Below are positions 24,990 through 38,437 of a stretch of 64,000 bases of DNA, one piece after another. Under the pieces are notes generated by a model. That model was not told the origin of the DNA, made no database searches, and saw nothing but the letters and a program-made list of their open reading frames with translations. The translations under genes and the position numbers were made by a program. Positions within the stretch are counted from its first letter, which is position 1, and every line of letters begins with the position of its first letter. Source of the stretch: Paragordius varius (Eukaryota > Animalia > Nematomorpha); contig OZ176058.1 of the NCBI GenBank assembly GCA_964247055.1, positions 2,356,001 to 2,420,000 on the forward strand, read 5' to 3'.

Positions 24990-26860
24990 TTAATCTGAAC
25001 TCGTCAATTTAGCATTTTTTTAAGAAGATATTTTTTATATATATTCTTAGTATTTACTTCAGTTAGAAAGCAGCGTTATGTTTATGATTTAAATTTTAAA
25101 GCCCTTAAACGACAGGAAATTATATAGTAAAAATTATGTTGTTAACCGATTTTTAACAAAACACCTGAAAACATAAATAGATGAATGATTTTATGATATT
25201 AGTTAAAATTATATTTGTAATTCTGTAATGATTTACAGTATTGGAATACAAACGGAAAAAAATTTGACAGGCATAATATAAAAAAGACAGCCATACATTT
25301 TCAAACCTTGTTTTTCCTATTCATTAATTATAAAGTTATTTTAAACTGCAAAGTATAAAATAGAGATGTAAATTGGTATTTCAATCCATTTATTTTACGA
25401 TTGTAGTTAAATGTTTTTCTAAGATAAAATAGGTTGTTAAAAAATATGGCTGTCTTTTGAAAGAATTTTCTTCTATTTTTACGTTTTTTCCGTATAATTT
25501 CAATTTTACGACTTCTCTAATTTGCAATGTAAAATAATGTGTTATTTAATAAATATTGACAGTAAAACAATTAATATCTTTTAAATTGTTTTATCAGTAT
25601 AATAACATTTGATATTAATTATTTTGGTATTAGCGTGTTGCTTTTATTTTATCGATCCGATTCTCTACATTATTTAGAGTAAACTTAAGATGAAATTATA
25701 ATATTTTTGGATTTCTACCTTTTTAGAGAGCAGTGTTATTTGTAAATACTTTAATACAAATGAAATAGGTGGGAAAAAATTTATAAGTTATAATATATAA
25801 ATGGCCGATATTTTATCCTTTCATTATAAATCTTCTGAATTTTATTGTTTTGTTCTGTTAACATTTATGTTTTATAAATTTATCAATAACTTTTTCGATT
25901 TATATATAAACATATAATCTACCATTTATTGTTTGACCTAATATTTAACGTCTAACATACCAATTATCTGTTTAACTAACACAGTGTGCAAATTTGGGGA
26001 TAGATTTTTTCTCAGAATATTATTCCTAGCTTAATATGACCGTTGTGTCATATACATCTCAAAAAAGTAAGGATGAAAAAATGTCAATATAGAAAAAAAA
26101 ATTTCCACTTTTTCATATATGGTTATATTCGGAAAAAATCAATATATTTGCATAACTCTTGATCAAAAATTATAAACTCATATATAATTAAATAATTTTG
26201 GAAAATTTGGAAATTTTGGTTCAATATGAATAGATAGATTTAAAAACCTCAATTTATTAAATCCAACTAATTTAGGCCTTTATATTAGTAACATAAAATA
26301 TACTCGATGAAAATTAATATAATAAGTGCCAAAATTCAAGTTAACTTTTAGTTAATATTAATATTTCTTATATAATATAAAAATTACACATACACAAAGT
26401 TATAAAATTTTGATTTACTAAAATAACATTAAAATATTTCAAAATAAATTATCGTTTGATCATGAATGTTTTTATTATTTTTTTATACCCATTGCCTCTA
26501 TTTATTGCAAATTATTAAGAATAATTATTGATGAGACTACGTTACAGCAAAGCGTGATAGGGCTAGCTATCATCTCATAAAATGAAAAGCCATAATATCT
26601 TAAATTTTATCATTATTTTTTGAATTATCCTTAATTATCCTAAATTTTCAATTTTTGCCCGATTTCTATTTTCTCTCAAAAATTCGAAAACTAGGTCGTC
26701 CACAAATAAAATTATTGCGGCAAATGAATACGCTGGTCATAAGCTATCTCATGAAAAAAAAATTTAAAATTTTTTTTGCTCACAGTATATATACAAACTC
26801 CTGACAGTCTTTGCCAGTGTTCATTATGTGTGGCTGATGAGTCCAAAACAAGGATGCGAT
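24990..26860 (+). repeat. About 1.9-kb composite segment, copy 1 (direct repeat of 53005-55050)
   Basis: Long colinear identity blocks with 53005-55050, including the same MITE, Helitron-like end and hammerhead relic. Confidence 0.9.
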
Positions 26861-27749
26861 ATGACATGATCCATCTCACCTAGCAAAATCAGAGCAGCTT
26901 TCACAAATTCTTTATCTGCTAACCCTGATCTGGTGCATATAACTTCGCATCGCTGGGGCACACTCTCTCAGACCAGCATTTCTACAATTTCGAGTTAATG
27001 GCTTGACGAATGGTTTACCCGCAAAAGACAATCAGTTTTTGGTACGGGTGAAAGATAGGCGAAACTGGTAGAAGCTAAATACAATATTTAAGAAATATAT
27101 GATTCCCTTTTCAAAACAATTTTTAAAAACTAGTAATTACAATGCGAGTATCTTTAAAGTGAGGCTAAATAATTTTATTAACGTTCTCAGAAATTAACGA
27201 TCTTTTAATCTTTAATTAAAATCTTTGCAGTAAAGAACCCCTTATGATCTCTGGACCTGCTGAATAAAAACAAGCCCCTACTGGGTAGTAGGTGCTTGAT
27301 AGTATGTATCATTTTTCGGAAAAACATTGAATAAAAACAGTTACTTACTATCATGTACGTTTTTAAGTCTTTAGCATGGGTAAAATGTTTAATTTCATTT
27401 TGTTTTTTTGTTTGTTTTCGATTTATTCATAAAATACGTTTGATGAAATAAGAAAGTCTAACTTTTGGAAAATAAATATCGATTATCTACCCATTTTTTT
27501 AAATAATGCAATTATTAATACACATTCATTCATAAACATAAAAAAAATATTAATGTTTGAACAATTGAATCTCGTTTCATTTTGCCAGCCATGTGTATTT
27601 GGGTTAGATCAATATTTGCTTCACAATCCTCTCCACATATTCAATATAAAAATATGAATTACATTCAAAATCTGTTATAGGTTCGTGAATATATTTGTAT
27701 ACATTATATAATATGGAACATGTTAATATTAAGTTTTGGTAGTATTCGT

Positions 27750-28340
27750 TCTAGACTTATACGAATTTTGTTACCAAGTATAGGAAATCGGGTCTTCATA
27801 TCTGACCGAAAACCCGCGCTCGATAATGCTTCTTTCAGAACAATGTAATTTATTGAATTTTTTTCTCGTTATCGATCATCGTATTTTTGAAGGGGGTAGT
27901 GGATATCCATTATCACCTAACAAACAGAAATCATTTTGTTTGCTCATATATAATTGAACAATTGTGCGCCATATCCTTAAATTATGCACAGATCCTAGCC
28001 ATTGTGCATCCAGTGTAATTTCTTTCTTCATTGGCATTACATGTGAATTGTACATTGAGGGTACATCCATCGACCCTTTCGATATATATACAGGCCTCAA
28101 CATTTTCTTTAGATCTTAATATTTCAAAGTGTGAACAAACAATGGAACCAATAGCAGTTGGCATTTTAAATTTGGATAGCCATAATTTATTCGCGCCATA
28201 TTAAGCTCTTCAAAGGACTTGGGAGAGTTTAACCATTGAGATTGATACTCTATTTCGTCCATAACTTTAGGTATAGTTTTGCATATTGTGGTACTATAAA
28301 CATTAAAATCATCATGTTCTACACCCGCTTGATATCTCAA
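27750..28340 (-). mobile_element. PIF/Harbinger (HARBI1-like DDE) transposase relic
   Basis: PTAIGSIVCSH (compare GAIDCTH), DAQWLGSVHNLRIW (compare ARWPGSVHDSRIW), LLGDNGYPL, KFNKLHCSERSIIERGF; frameshifted. Confidence 0.8.
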
Positions 28341-29289
28341 GAAATTTTAACAAAATCTAGATTTATAATATTATAAATACCTCTCTATTTGCATCCTGGG
28401 ACTTAGTTTCTCGCCCTCTCTTTTCATAGTTATCATGTAGAAAAATATTGGTTAAATAATTAATTGACGCGTCCTCAAAACGTAATATTTTTATTCATTA
28501 TTTTTGGGATGTAAGTTCTTGTTTTATATTCTTTAGGTTTTCCTAAAAATATCTAAAATCAAATATGTAATTATTAGTGACAAATGTACTTGTTATATAA
28601 TAAATTCTAAGGCTTAATTTATAATTCACAAAATATATACCAAATCATCTATACGAATAATATCATATACTCGATCATTATGGATGAAATAAATCCTCCA
28701 AATAAAAGTTTCATATATAATCATTTTTTACTTGTTATAGACTCTAAATTAAAGATACACATAATTTTTAACTTATAGAAAATATGAAAAGTCATTTTAT
28801 CTTAGGAATTTGAATAAGGTGGCGTTTTATATGTTCAATAGCTAAAGTCAAAAATATTCATTTCAAAATAATATAAATTTTAAATGAGGTCATTATAAAG
28901 TATATAAACTCAAATATTTTACACAAAAATGAAATGACCGAAGAAAATGATATAATTTTGGACATTCATGAAAAAAATCCAATATTTTTTAACAAAAGTA
29001 ATACAATCTCAATAAAAAAATGATATATATAAAAGTACAAGTCGAAATAAAAATATGAATGACAAATATATGAACATATCTCAAATCAAAAAAAAATTAA
29101 TAACATGTCCCAAATCAAAATAAAGTTCGATAATTCCAAATCATAAAAATATATTTTACAACTTGGGAAATCAAATTGTTACTAATTTATCATACAGAAA
29201 AACCTATATTTGAAAGAATATAGGGCGCGATATATTCAGACGGGGAAATATTGATTGAAAATGTTAATTATGACATATAGATTATCGAG

Positions 29290-29480
29290 TATAATTTATA
29301 ATTTAAAAATAGAAATCACATCAGAAACGAAGGATTCAAAACCGAATATTTGTTTTATAATTTTGGAAAGGTAAAAACAAGGAACTCATATATCTAAATG
29401 AACTTACAAAGCTTAAACTAGAAAAGAAATTATTATTATTAATAATAAATTAATATTTAATAATTATATTAATATGTTTA

Positions 29481-29536
<56 letters not shown>

Positions 29537-30570
29537 AATCATGTAATTTATTAAGACATTTATTTAGAAATTTTTTAAAAATATAACTGATATTACTTTA
29601 AGTGAAAAATTAATAGTTTAAATTGTTGCCATTTACCAGCTTAAAAAACCATTAAGTACTAGGTAAAATTTGTAAAAGACAATATTTTTAGTCAATGAAA
29701 TTTGTCAGTAAATATTGGTAAACATAGTACGTACTGGATAGTAAAAGCAATATATTTTTTATTCAATACATAGCTAGTATATACTGGAAAAAACCTAGTT
29801 TTATAATATTCTTGCTTTTATACAATTGGCCCTATATTTCAAATCAGACAAATTTTGACAGCACAAGATTTTATTAAGATGCCCTCTTATATTTCGAGAG
29901 TAATACCATACTTAAATTATTTAGCGTTGTCACATCGCGTGATTTCATCATTCTTAAAAAAACAGTATTATATACACTTGCACTTTAAGATAGTTGAAAA
30001 CATCAAGTTGGTCTTTAAACATTACAAGTTGGTCTTTGAACATTTCAAGTTGGTCCTTAAATTTTTTTTAAATTTGGTTACAACCATAATTTTTGCATGT
30101 TTTTTATTTTATTATTTTATAACCTATTATATTTTTTATATATTTATTCATAAAATAAAATGTCCTATTCAAAAAAAAATCACTTTTTTGTTTCAAACTA
30201 ATTTTTTCCAAATTAACATATTAACTTGTAAATGTTTTAATGAAAAAATGTAATTAACCCAGAAAACCTATATTTTTTGAATACGTGGCGAAATCTTATT
30301 TAAATTCATAATATTTTTTTAAGAACATAAAGATATACGGTTTCTAAAGGATTATAAATTGATATGATTTGAAATTTATGTTAAATAATAGTAGTTAGGT
30401 CAAAAACAATAAAATAGATATGATATACGATTTAATTGTAAAAGTTATAAACAAAACAATCATACAACTTGAAATGTTCAAGGGCCAACTTGAAGTGTTC
30501 AAGGACCAACTTAAAATGTTCAAGGGTTAACTTAAAGTGTTCAAGGACACTCTTGAATTGCAAATGGTAT
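29290..30570. repeat. About 1.3-kb segment duplicated in inverted orientation at 62700-64000
   Basis: Reverse-complement identity blocks (e.g. CAATTGGCCCTATATTTCAAATCAGAC, ACATAGTACGTACTGGA) extend about 700 bp beyond the family-A MITE. Confidence 0.9.
29971..30569. mobile_element. Foldback-like MITE with 21-bp subterminal tandem repeats (family A)
   Basis: TA-flanked ends CCATTTGCACTTCAAGAGTGTCC-like; unit CAACTTGAAATGTTCAAGGAC in inverted arrays at the two ends; AT-rich core. Confidence 0.8.
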
Positions 30571-33049
30571 ATATGAAAAACTGCCATTTTTTACATGAAA
30601 CCAGCAGTTTTATTATTTTTATTGTTAGACTTTTAGGGTACATTAAGAACGGATTAATTTTTAAAAATGAAAAAGATTATATAGCCTCAAAACACAATCG
30701 TTTTATTATCTTGGATACAGGGAGATCTCCGTTGCAAAGCGCGTAAAACCGTGGTTGGGAATTTGTCAAAAAAGAATGGAATTTGTTTCTCCGAAAATAT
30801 GGGAATAATTTATTAGTTTTAGACACGTTCATCGATAATGAAAGTAATTGATTTATTATATATTTTTACAAAACTCAACTTTAACCTAACTCAATTTTTA
30901 CAATCAAACTTTTCCAATCAAACTCAATATTCGAAATCAACACTTTTAAATTATAATTTTGAGATTAAATTGTTTGTTATGCATTTAATCCGTTAATAAT
31001 ATGCATTAAAAAATAAAATTAATGTGTTTTGATCTTAGTTAAAAATGAAATGATTCTACATGCTTATTCAATTAATTTTATATTAAATTAGGTTTAAAAA
31101 GTATTGAGATTGGAATGAATTAAAAAATTGTTGATTTTCGTTAAAAAAACCAGAATCGAGGTTGTTTAAATAAGTGTTTGGTTTGTCTCAAAATATATTT
31201 CAAAATGTTAAATATTTTATAGAATCCATAATTGATAGTAAAAATAATAGAATTTTCGCAAACTTACCAGAAGCCATGAGAAATAAATCTATAAAAAATC
31301 ATGCAATTATTTCCAATATTTTCCTATTTTAAAGGAATAAGGCACCATGTGAAATTTAAATTCAGAGTTTAGAATTCTATACTGTTAATATGTTATGGTT
31401 TATTAATTGTATTAAATCGAAAAAATTAAACTTAAAAATCGCTTTTTTACAATATATAAAAGATTAATCAGTTGTAAAATTTATATATCTCAATAATAAA
31501 GCTTACAACTTTATCTTTGATTTGTGAGCAGAAATTTTTCTAATCAGTTTCTCGAAAATGTAAAACAATTAGTTAATATTTTGATCAGCGGGTCGTAATT
31601 AAATTTTATCGGTATTGCTAAGCTATTCCATTCCCTATATTTTTGCGCTTTATTTAGACTTTGCGACAAATGAACTGCTGTTTAATTACGAGGCTAATTC
31701 TTATGCTCACGGATTGAATACAAAAAAGGCATTTTATCAAACGCGTGAATATATTATTACCAATATTGCATCGGTCAAAATAAATAATAAAGCTATTATG
31801 GGATGGTTAAAAAACGACACAATGTATAGGATTATATTTGTAATTTCCATAGTTTATTTTAATATGTATTTGCATTTTAATCCCAAAAATTTCATGTATT
31901 GATGGGGTATTATATTACCGTTTTTCCGAATAATTTTTAACATATATTTCTTTTAATTTAATAATTTATTAATAAATACGGGAATAATTAGAAATTGATG
32001 GATTAATTTGTTTTGGGGTTTTAAGATCTTAAATGGATATATTGAAACAGTAATTATCAAAATATACCCAAGTTTTTGTAAGCAAAACAAACCTCCAAAA
32101 TATCATATATCAAAAAAAATCTCAAGTACCAGTTTTGCATTGTATTATTTTGTATAACTCCACAACTTCTACGCTATTTTACGTGATAGAATTGTAAATC
32201 CAGTATCTAAAGGAAAGTACATGATGGGCACAAATAGCATCGCATTGTAACATAATCCACAGGTTTATTTTCAATTTTAAAAAAGGATTAATATACCTTT
32301 AATTTGGAGTGTTTTTATGATCATGGTCCCTTATTAAAATTTATTATATGACATTATTGATTTATTTTTCAACATATTCTATTTCTTACACTTATTCAAT
32401 TAAAATCAACATTTTTATCAATAGCAAAATATTTTTTTTACTTTTAAAACAGTATTTTATTCACTAGAATAATTGCAATTAGTAACCCTTTTTAAGCTTT
32501 AAAACAATAGTTTAAAATTAAAAATCATAAAAGCCGAATTTGTATGACAAATTAGGAATAATGATGTGGATGAGATGGAAGTTATCTAAAAAATCTTGAA
32601 GAACAATTACATATCTAGGGATCAAAAGACCCTAAATTGTCAGGTTACATTTTTTGTTTCGATTTGAGAGAGACTTAATATGTCATGATCAGTAAATAAT
32701 GGTTATTGCGTGATGACGAACGTGAGGAAAATATTCACAACCACAAAATCGAGATATAAAATATATGATGTACTGATGAAAATATACATTAGTGATTGTT
32801 TTTGTTTTGTGCCTGAGTCATTTAAGAATAATATTCAGACTTTTGTGCTGATCCATAGCATTTTAAAATAAAATTTGCTCGCATTATGCGAAAAAAAATT
32901 TTGTCAAAGCTAAACGCCAAAAACATTATCGAAATATTGTATAATTTGTAATTTAAATGGACTATTTTTAATTTAAATTTGAGTTAGTTTCAAAATTTTC
33001 CCAATCCCCTCCTTACAGAATATGGGTTAATCATAAGTCGTAAATATTT

Positions 33050-34815
33050 TTTGGATATATTTTCACTATTAAATTCCACTTCCTTACCGCTAAATTGAGA
33101 TCGTTCAATGTCATCTTAGTCTCATTTTTTATCAAGTATCCAACTACCTCATCGGTGGTCAACCTCGATTCCTTTCTTCTACCTTCCCAAACATTGTGTC
33201 TTTATCTAGAGAATATATCGCATGTCATGTCGAAAATATGTTAACGTTCTTTATAGAATTATCTCCAGGATGTTTGTTTTAGGATTTATTTCTGTAGTTA
33301 GATTTACATTTTTAATTTTATCCTTCCAGGTGTATCCACATCCTACGCCCCACCTTTCAAAAGTCATGAGCCTTTCAGTCTCTTTTTCTGAGAGTTCAGC
33401 TCTCACAACCATACCCAGTGACCGGGAGAACAAAACATTAAGATTAATCTTTTTTTATTTTTAACCCTACGCTTTTGTTTTTCCATATCTTAATTAATTT
33501 GGTCATCGCTTCTCTACTCAAACCTCTCTTTCTGATGTCAGGAGTTGAAGAGCCATCCTCGGATAGGCACCCAAAAACGTTAATTGTCTATTTTCGCTTC
33601 ATCCATAAAAATTGTAGGCTTTTCTCCAGAAATAATATTTTCGTTTTGTTAGGGTTAAGCATAAGACCATAATTCAAACTTCTTTCCAAATCTCCTAATA
33701 AATTCCTTTAAATCATTTACACTTTCAGCCATAAGGGTGGTATTTTATTGATTTTTCTCCCTCCTATTCTTACTCCAATATTTTTACCATCTATTTTTCT
33801 CATTACTTCTATGCTCATATTGAACAGATAAGGAGATGAGCAAAACCCTTGTCTGACTCCTTTCAAAATAGGTATTTCTTATGTGTCCCCCGCTGATATT
33901 TTGATAATCTCTCTTTGTTTTAGATAGAGAGAGTTAATCAATCCTATTAAGTGAGACGACCCTAATAACATTAATGTTTCCAACAAGGAGTTCATAATTT
34001 ATCGAATCAAAAGTTTGTTGGTAATATAAAAGACATGTATAATATTTTTTTCTGAAACTCTGATGTTTCCGTTATCCTTCTCATGTTTGATATATGGTGT
34101 CTTGTGTTTTTTCTCTTCATAAATCCGGTCTGATTTTCTGGTATTCCTGATGCATAATGGTATGCATCCTGTTTTGTATTATTTTTATAATGACGTTACT
34201 AGCAGGACTTTTGTAGTTTTCGCACATGAGCATATCAATTTTTTGGTATATTGGGAGATATGATGATATCCAGTCGTTTGGCCACTCACATGTTTGCACC
34301 TTTTAACATAACTTGTGTAATATTTCTACAAGAATAGCTTTTATCTATTGAGTTATTGTAATCCCATCTCTTTTTATTAGAAATTTGATTTAAGGCTAAT
34401 TCAACCCTTTCTCTTAGTATATCTGGATAAAGTTTTTCCTCTTATAATAGCAACTCTTTTGTCTGAGGGGCCTGATAGAGATTGTGTATTCCCTCCATTT
34501 TCTCGTATTTCTGTTTGTTTTCTCTAATATGGTGCCATTCTCTTTGTAATCTTTTGGGTTGATATATAAGGTTTGTGAGTCATTTGCTACAGTTTCTGGA
34601 ACATTGGTTAATCCTATTATTTATTTCCATTTCCAAACATTGTTTATTAAGAAAGTCTCATAATCCTTCCTTGGAAATTCTTTGTTATAAATTTTAAGCA
34701 TTTTATTATCTCTCCCTTATTTAGCTTTCTTCGCTTATCTTCTATCTCTAAACTCTTTTCTGGCATCCATTTATTATTTTTCCTCTTTACCCTGAACTTT
34801 ATCTTTTGCCACTTT
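33050..34815 (-). mobile_element. Degenerate BovB-like RTE LINE, linker + RT + C-terminal half
   Basis: Fragments resemble BovB segments: KWMPEKSLEIEDKRRK, KWREY, CEWPNDWISSYLPIYQK...CENY, KETERLMTFERW, EINPK, MFGKVEG; heavy decay. Confidence 0.75.
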
Positions 34816-35039
34816 ATTAATATAAAAATTTACACTAATAAATTTTAAATTGTTATACATATTTTTAGTTTCTTATTTTATTTTTACTATCCTAGCTATA
34901 TTTTTTTGTAATTTTATGCTTACAATATAATGAGTTATAATTCTATAATATTTCATATCATCGAAAATTGACAACATTTATAATGTTTAATTTTTATAAA
35001 GAATTTATTTTACTATCCTAGCTATTTATTTATTTTTTT

Positions 35040-35940
35040 GTAAAGAGGGTAATCGAGAGGCAAAGCAATGGCAAACCACCCTCGTTTTTTTATTGCCAAA
35101 AAATTGTTACACTTGCAATTGACGCACCCATTTAAAATCGGATGCTGGAACGTACGTTCCTTAACAGAAACCAAACAGGTATTAATTGAAAGAGAAATGG
35201 AAGATTGAAATTAAATATACTGGGTTTAACGGAAAAGCAAAAAGGTAGCGCAAAAGCACAAAATGAAAAATATACATTGTTAAGATCGGGGAGAGATGAC
35301 CAGAAATCAGAAGGCGTTGCGGTATTAATAAATGACCATTAAATAAAAGTCATATTAGTTGTACAGCATACACACCCAGAAACATGAATATTAGGCTGAA
35401 TGCTAAGTCACTTAAATTTACATACATAGTAGTCTATGCTCCTACGTCAAACGCTCCTAAAGAAGACATAGAGGATTTTTATGGAAAGTTGCGAATGCTT
35501 TTGAAAGAAATGAAGAAAGAAGATATGATTATCATAGGAGGTGTTTGAAACAGCAAAGTTGTAGAGGTAGAATAGATCAAATAGTCGGGCCATATGGATT
35601 AAGACAATGAAACGGGGAAGGCATTGATCAATTTTGCCAGGAAATCGAGATTATGGTAACCAACACATGGTTTCCACAACACAATAGGAGGCTAGACACA
35701 TGGACCTGGCCATGTGGCAAATGTAAAAATCAAATCGATTATATAATATGTCCACAAAAAGGGAAAAGCTCAATACTCGATACAAAAACAAGCAAAGGCA
35801 GTGATTACTCTAGCGATCATGAGCTTTTTATAACAAAAATCAAACTTAAAATCATTAAAAATGATGTTAGACATACAGAAATACCCGGAACATTCCAAAT
35901 AATTTTAGATCAGAAGCAAAAGATTGATTAAAATAGATTA
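35040..35940 (+). mobile_element. Degenerate BovB-like RTE LINE, 5' region + APE endonuclease half, opposite orientation to the RT half
   Basis: GCAATGGCAAACCACC RTE-type motif, LKIGCWNVRS, VVYAPTS, NTWFPQHNRRLDTWTWP...KNQIDYI, SDHELFITKIKLK. Confidence 0.75.
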
Positions 35941-36599
35941 GACAATGGATGTATTTCCGAATTATGGGGAACTAGAATGGTTAGTTCGCTTGAAATATAA
36001 ACAAAAATGCTTCGATTAAAGGTTTTAATACATGATACATTAGTGGTGCTCAATTCGCTGCCCACGGGTCGCACTCAACCCTTTAAAGTGCTTTTTTATG
36101 GTTATAAATTAATAATTTTATTAATCGCTTAGATATATTAATTAAAAAACTTTAAGTGTGATCAATATTTATTTTAATTGTAAAAATTCCGTTAGATTCG
36201 GTAATTTCTCAATTATAGATTCAGCTATTTTTATACTTATACTACGGTTTTGATTATACGCATCTTGTTGATGAAATTATCAATCATATGAATACAGTTT
36301 AGATGACATATTTAATGGGTATATGGAGTTTTGGTAAGATGTGCCAAATCATTAATAAATAATTAAATGTGCTGAAGTGTTTTATTGTTTTGTCTCAACT
36401 TACATCGAGGATACGTTAAAAGTGGGATATGACGTTATATAGGCCTGCTACTGGATAATTCATATTGATTAATATTGAAATATGCCCATTTTATAAAGAC
36501 TTTATTAATATTTGTGTATAACCTGAAAATCTTTGTGGTGATTTCTGCATATAAAGCTATGAAATATTTGTCGGAATCATAATCTGACCCTTGAGACAA

Positions 36600-37543
36600 A
36601 ATCATATAATTCTATCCCTCAAAATTTGGTAAGAACCACTGTTGCTTGATCATGGCATTTAAAAAATATTATAAATGGATACTTTGTTAAAAAAAACTAA
36701 ATTTTTGTTTATATTCAATGGAGTCAGATCACAAAGCACGGCAGATGTGGAGTTTCCCATATGGATCGTGTCTACTATTGGTTCGTGAGACGGAGCATTG
36801 TTATGTAGTGAAATCAGTTTGCTTTGTCTTGTATTTTGAGGGTTTTTTGATAAGTCCATTGTTTAACTACAAATTGATCATTCGTTAGCAATAGCGTAAT
36901 AGCTTCGCTGGGTAAAGGTTGTATATTAACGTTCTGGTTACACTTAGACTCAGAGCATGGTTTTCCTATTCAAGTGATTCGGCTTTCGTTCTAAAGGAGC
37001 TAACAATTTTTTTAGTCTGTGATTTACAAAATAAAGTCATCTCTCATTACCCGTCTCAATTTTATAGAAAAATGATTTTCTGCCGGAACGTTATGCGATT
37101 TTAAAAATCACTCTCGATTTTCGATTTGACCATAGCTTTTTCTTTCTCACTGCTCGTAGAGTTAACTGATTGTTTTTTGCGTAATATGTAGTCACTAACT
37201 ACTCTCGCAATTTATCGTCTATGCATTTATGTGGTGTGAGAGGCTTACCCCTTTTTAAAGTAAACCGCAAATTTAAACATGTTTACCATATGTTTTTACC
37301 AGTAAAGTCCAAAGGTTTTTGTGATAGAATAAGAAGAGCAGTTCGCGTCGCAAATGCTCTCTAACCAAAATTTCGACATGAATACTGAGTGGGAAAAGTA
37401 AGACGCTAGTTTGAAACGAACTCGTGTTGTGTGTATTTGTCGTTGAGTATCAGATATTCAAAATGGTGTCTCATCGAATTCGTCTGCCTCCTTTAGCTGA
37501 AGTCTTTTCTTAACACCGGTTAGACTTATTACCACACCTGGTA
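36600..37543 (-). mobile_element. mariner (Mos1-like) transposon relic, 5' TIR retained
   Basis: TA + CCAGGTGTGGTAATAAGTC TIR ending 37541; ATG 37379 MSKF; TGNER (compare TGDEKW), RKTML (compare KKTML), LHNNAPSH (compare HDNAPSH); no matching 3' TIR found. Confidence 0.8.
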
Positions 37544-38437
37544 TATGTAATTTATTTATAATATTGACTGTTAAAAAGCCATAACAGCCAACCACCAATC
37601 ATAGAATATTGTATTTAATTAAGAATGAAATTCAAATTGTAGCAACATAAGTTTTAAAAAATTTTTTATCTTAAAGTATAACTCTAAATTTATTAGTTGC
37701 TTATACCATCTAAAATTACCGATTTTTGAAACTAAGATCCTGATTTTTATAATCTTTTAAAACCGTTTAGACTCAACTTCAAAATATTATTTTTAGGGTT
37801 TTGAAAAACTAATAAACATGTGCATTACTAGACCTATAAGCCAGATATACATAAATTGAGAAAAAATCCATTTCTAAAATATATTAATTTAATTAATTAG
37901 TCAGTATAATAGTTAAAAAATAAGGATACTCAAATCTGATATAAAAAAATAATAATTATTAAAATATTTATTGTAAGAGAGCTGAAAAATACCTATAGGC
38001 ATAATTTGTTAAAAAACTTATCAACATTTGACCCAAATAAACTAGACAACAATGCTAATTACTATGCTAGCTACTACATTCCCAATAATAATGGGATAAA
38101 TTGACCTACTAATTATTGAAATATGGTTTGTTTTTATTGGTTTTTTTACAGTAAATTATAATAAAATTATTTGTGAAAATAATAGAGAGTAGGAAATTAA
38201 CGAGCGCTATTTTACATAGATTTTAGCTATATTTTTCCGCGCAATTTTTTCTACATTTTTTTCATTAATTTTTATTTCTTTTATAAAATTAGCTAGTAAT
38301 GTATAGATCATGAAAATGAATACGGAAGTTTAAATGCTTTTTTTTGTTAAAAAAGGGTTTCCAATATTTTTTTATTTTTATTTTATAATGGTTTCAGTGC
38401 GCGAACAAAATTTTTAAAGTCTGGGAATTTACGATAA

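Larger units (their letters stand above)
22651..31902 (+). pseudogene. M1 aminopeptidase-like gene (domain III + ERAP1-like C-terminal domain), apparently pseudogenised
   Basis: Best exons: 30629-30843 (LLGYIKNG...IILDTGRSPLQSA*NRGWEFVKKEWNLFLRKYGNNLLVLDTFIDNE, TAA 30744-30746) spliced in phase 1 to 31658-31902 (FATNELL...KKAFYQTREYIITNIASVKINNKAIMGWLKN plus hydrophobic tail). Weaker exons: 22651-22716 (YLFYQDIFFGYVIAHLD, compare WxxxNxxxxGYYRVNYD), about 23605-23760 (FNQITLVEN, compare NRAQLIDD), about 23812-23910 (MRRYITKNIVIL*NTVF...EHENIR) and about 28780-28845. Confidence 0.6.
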
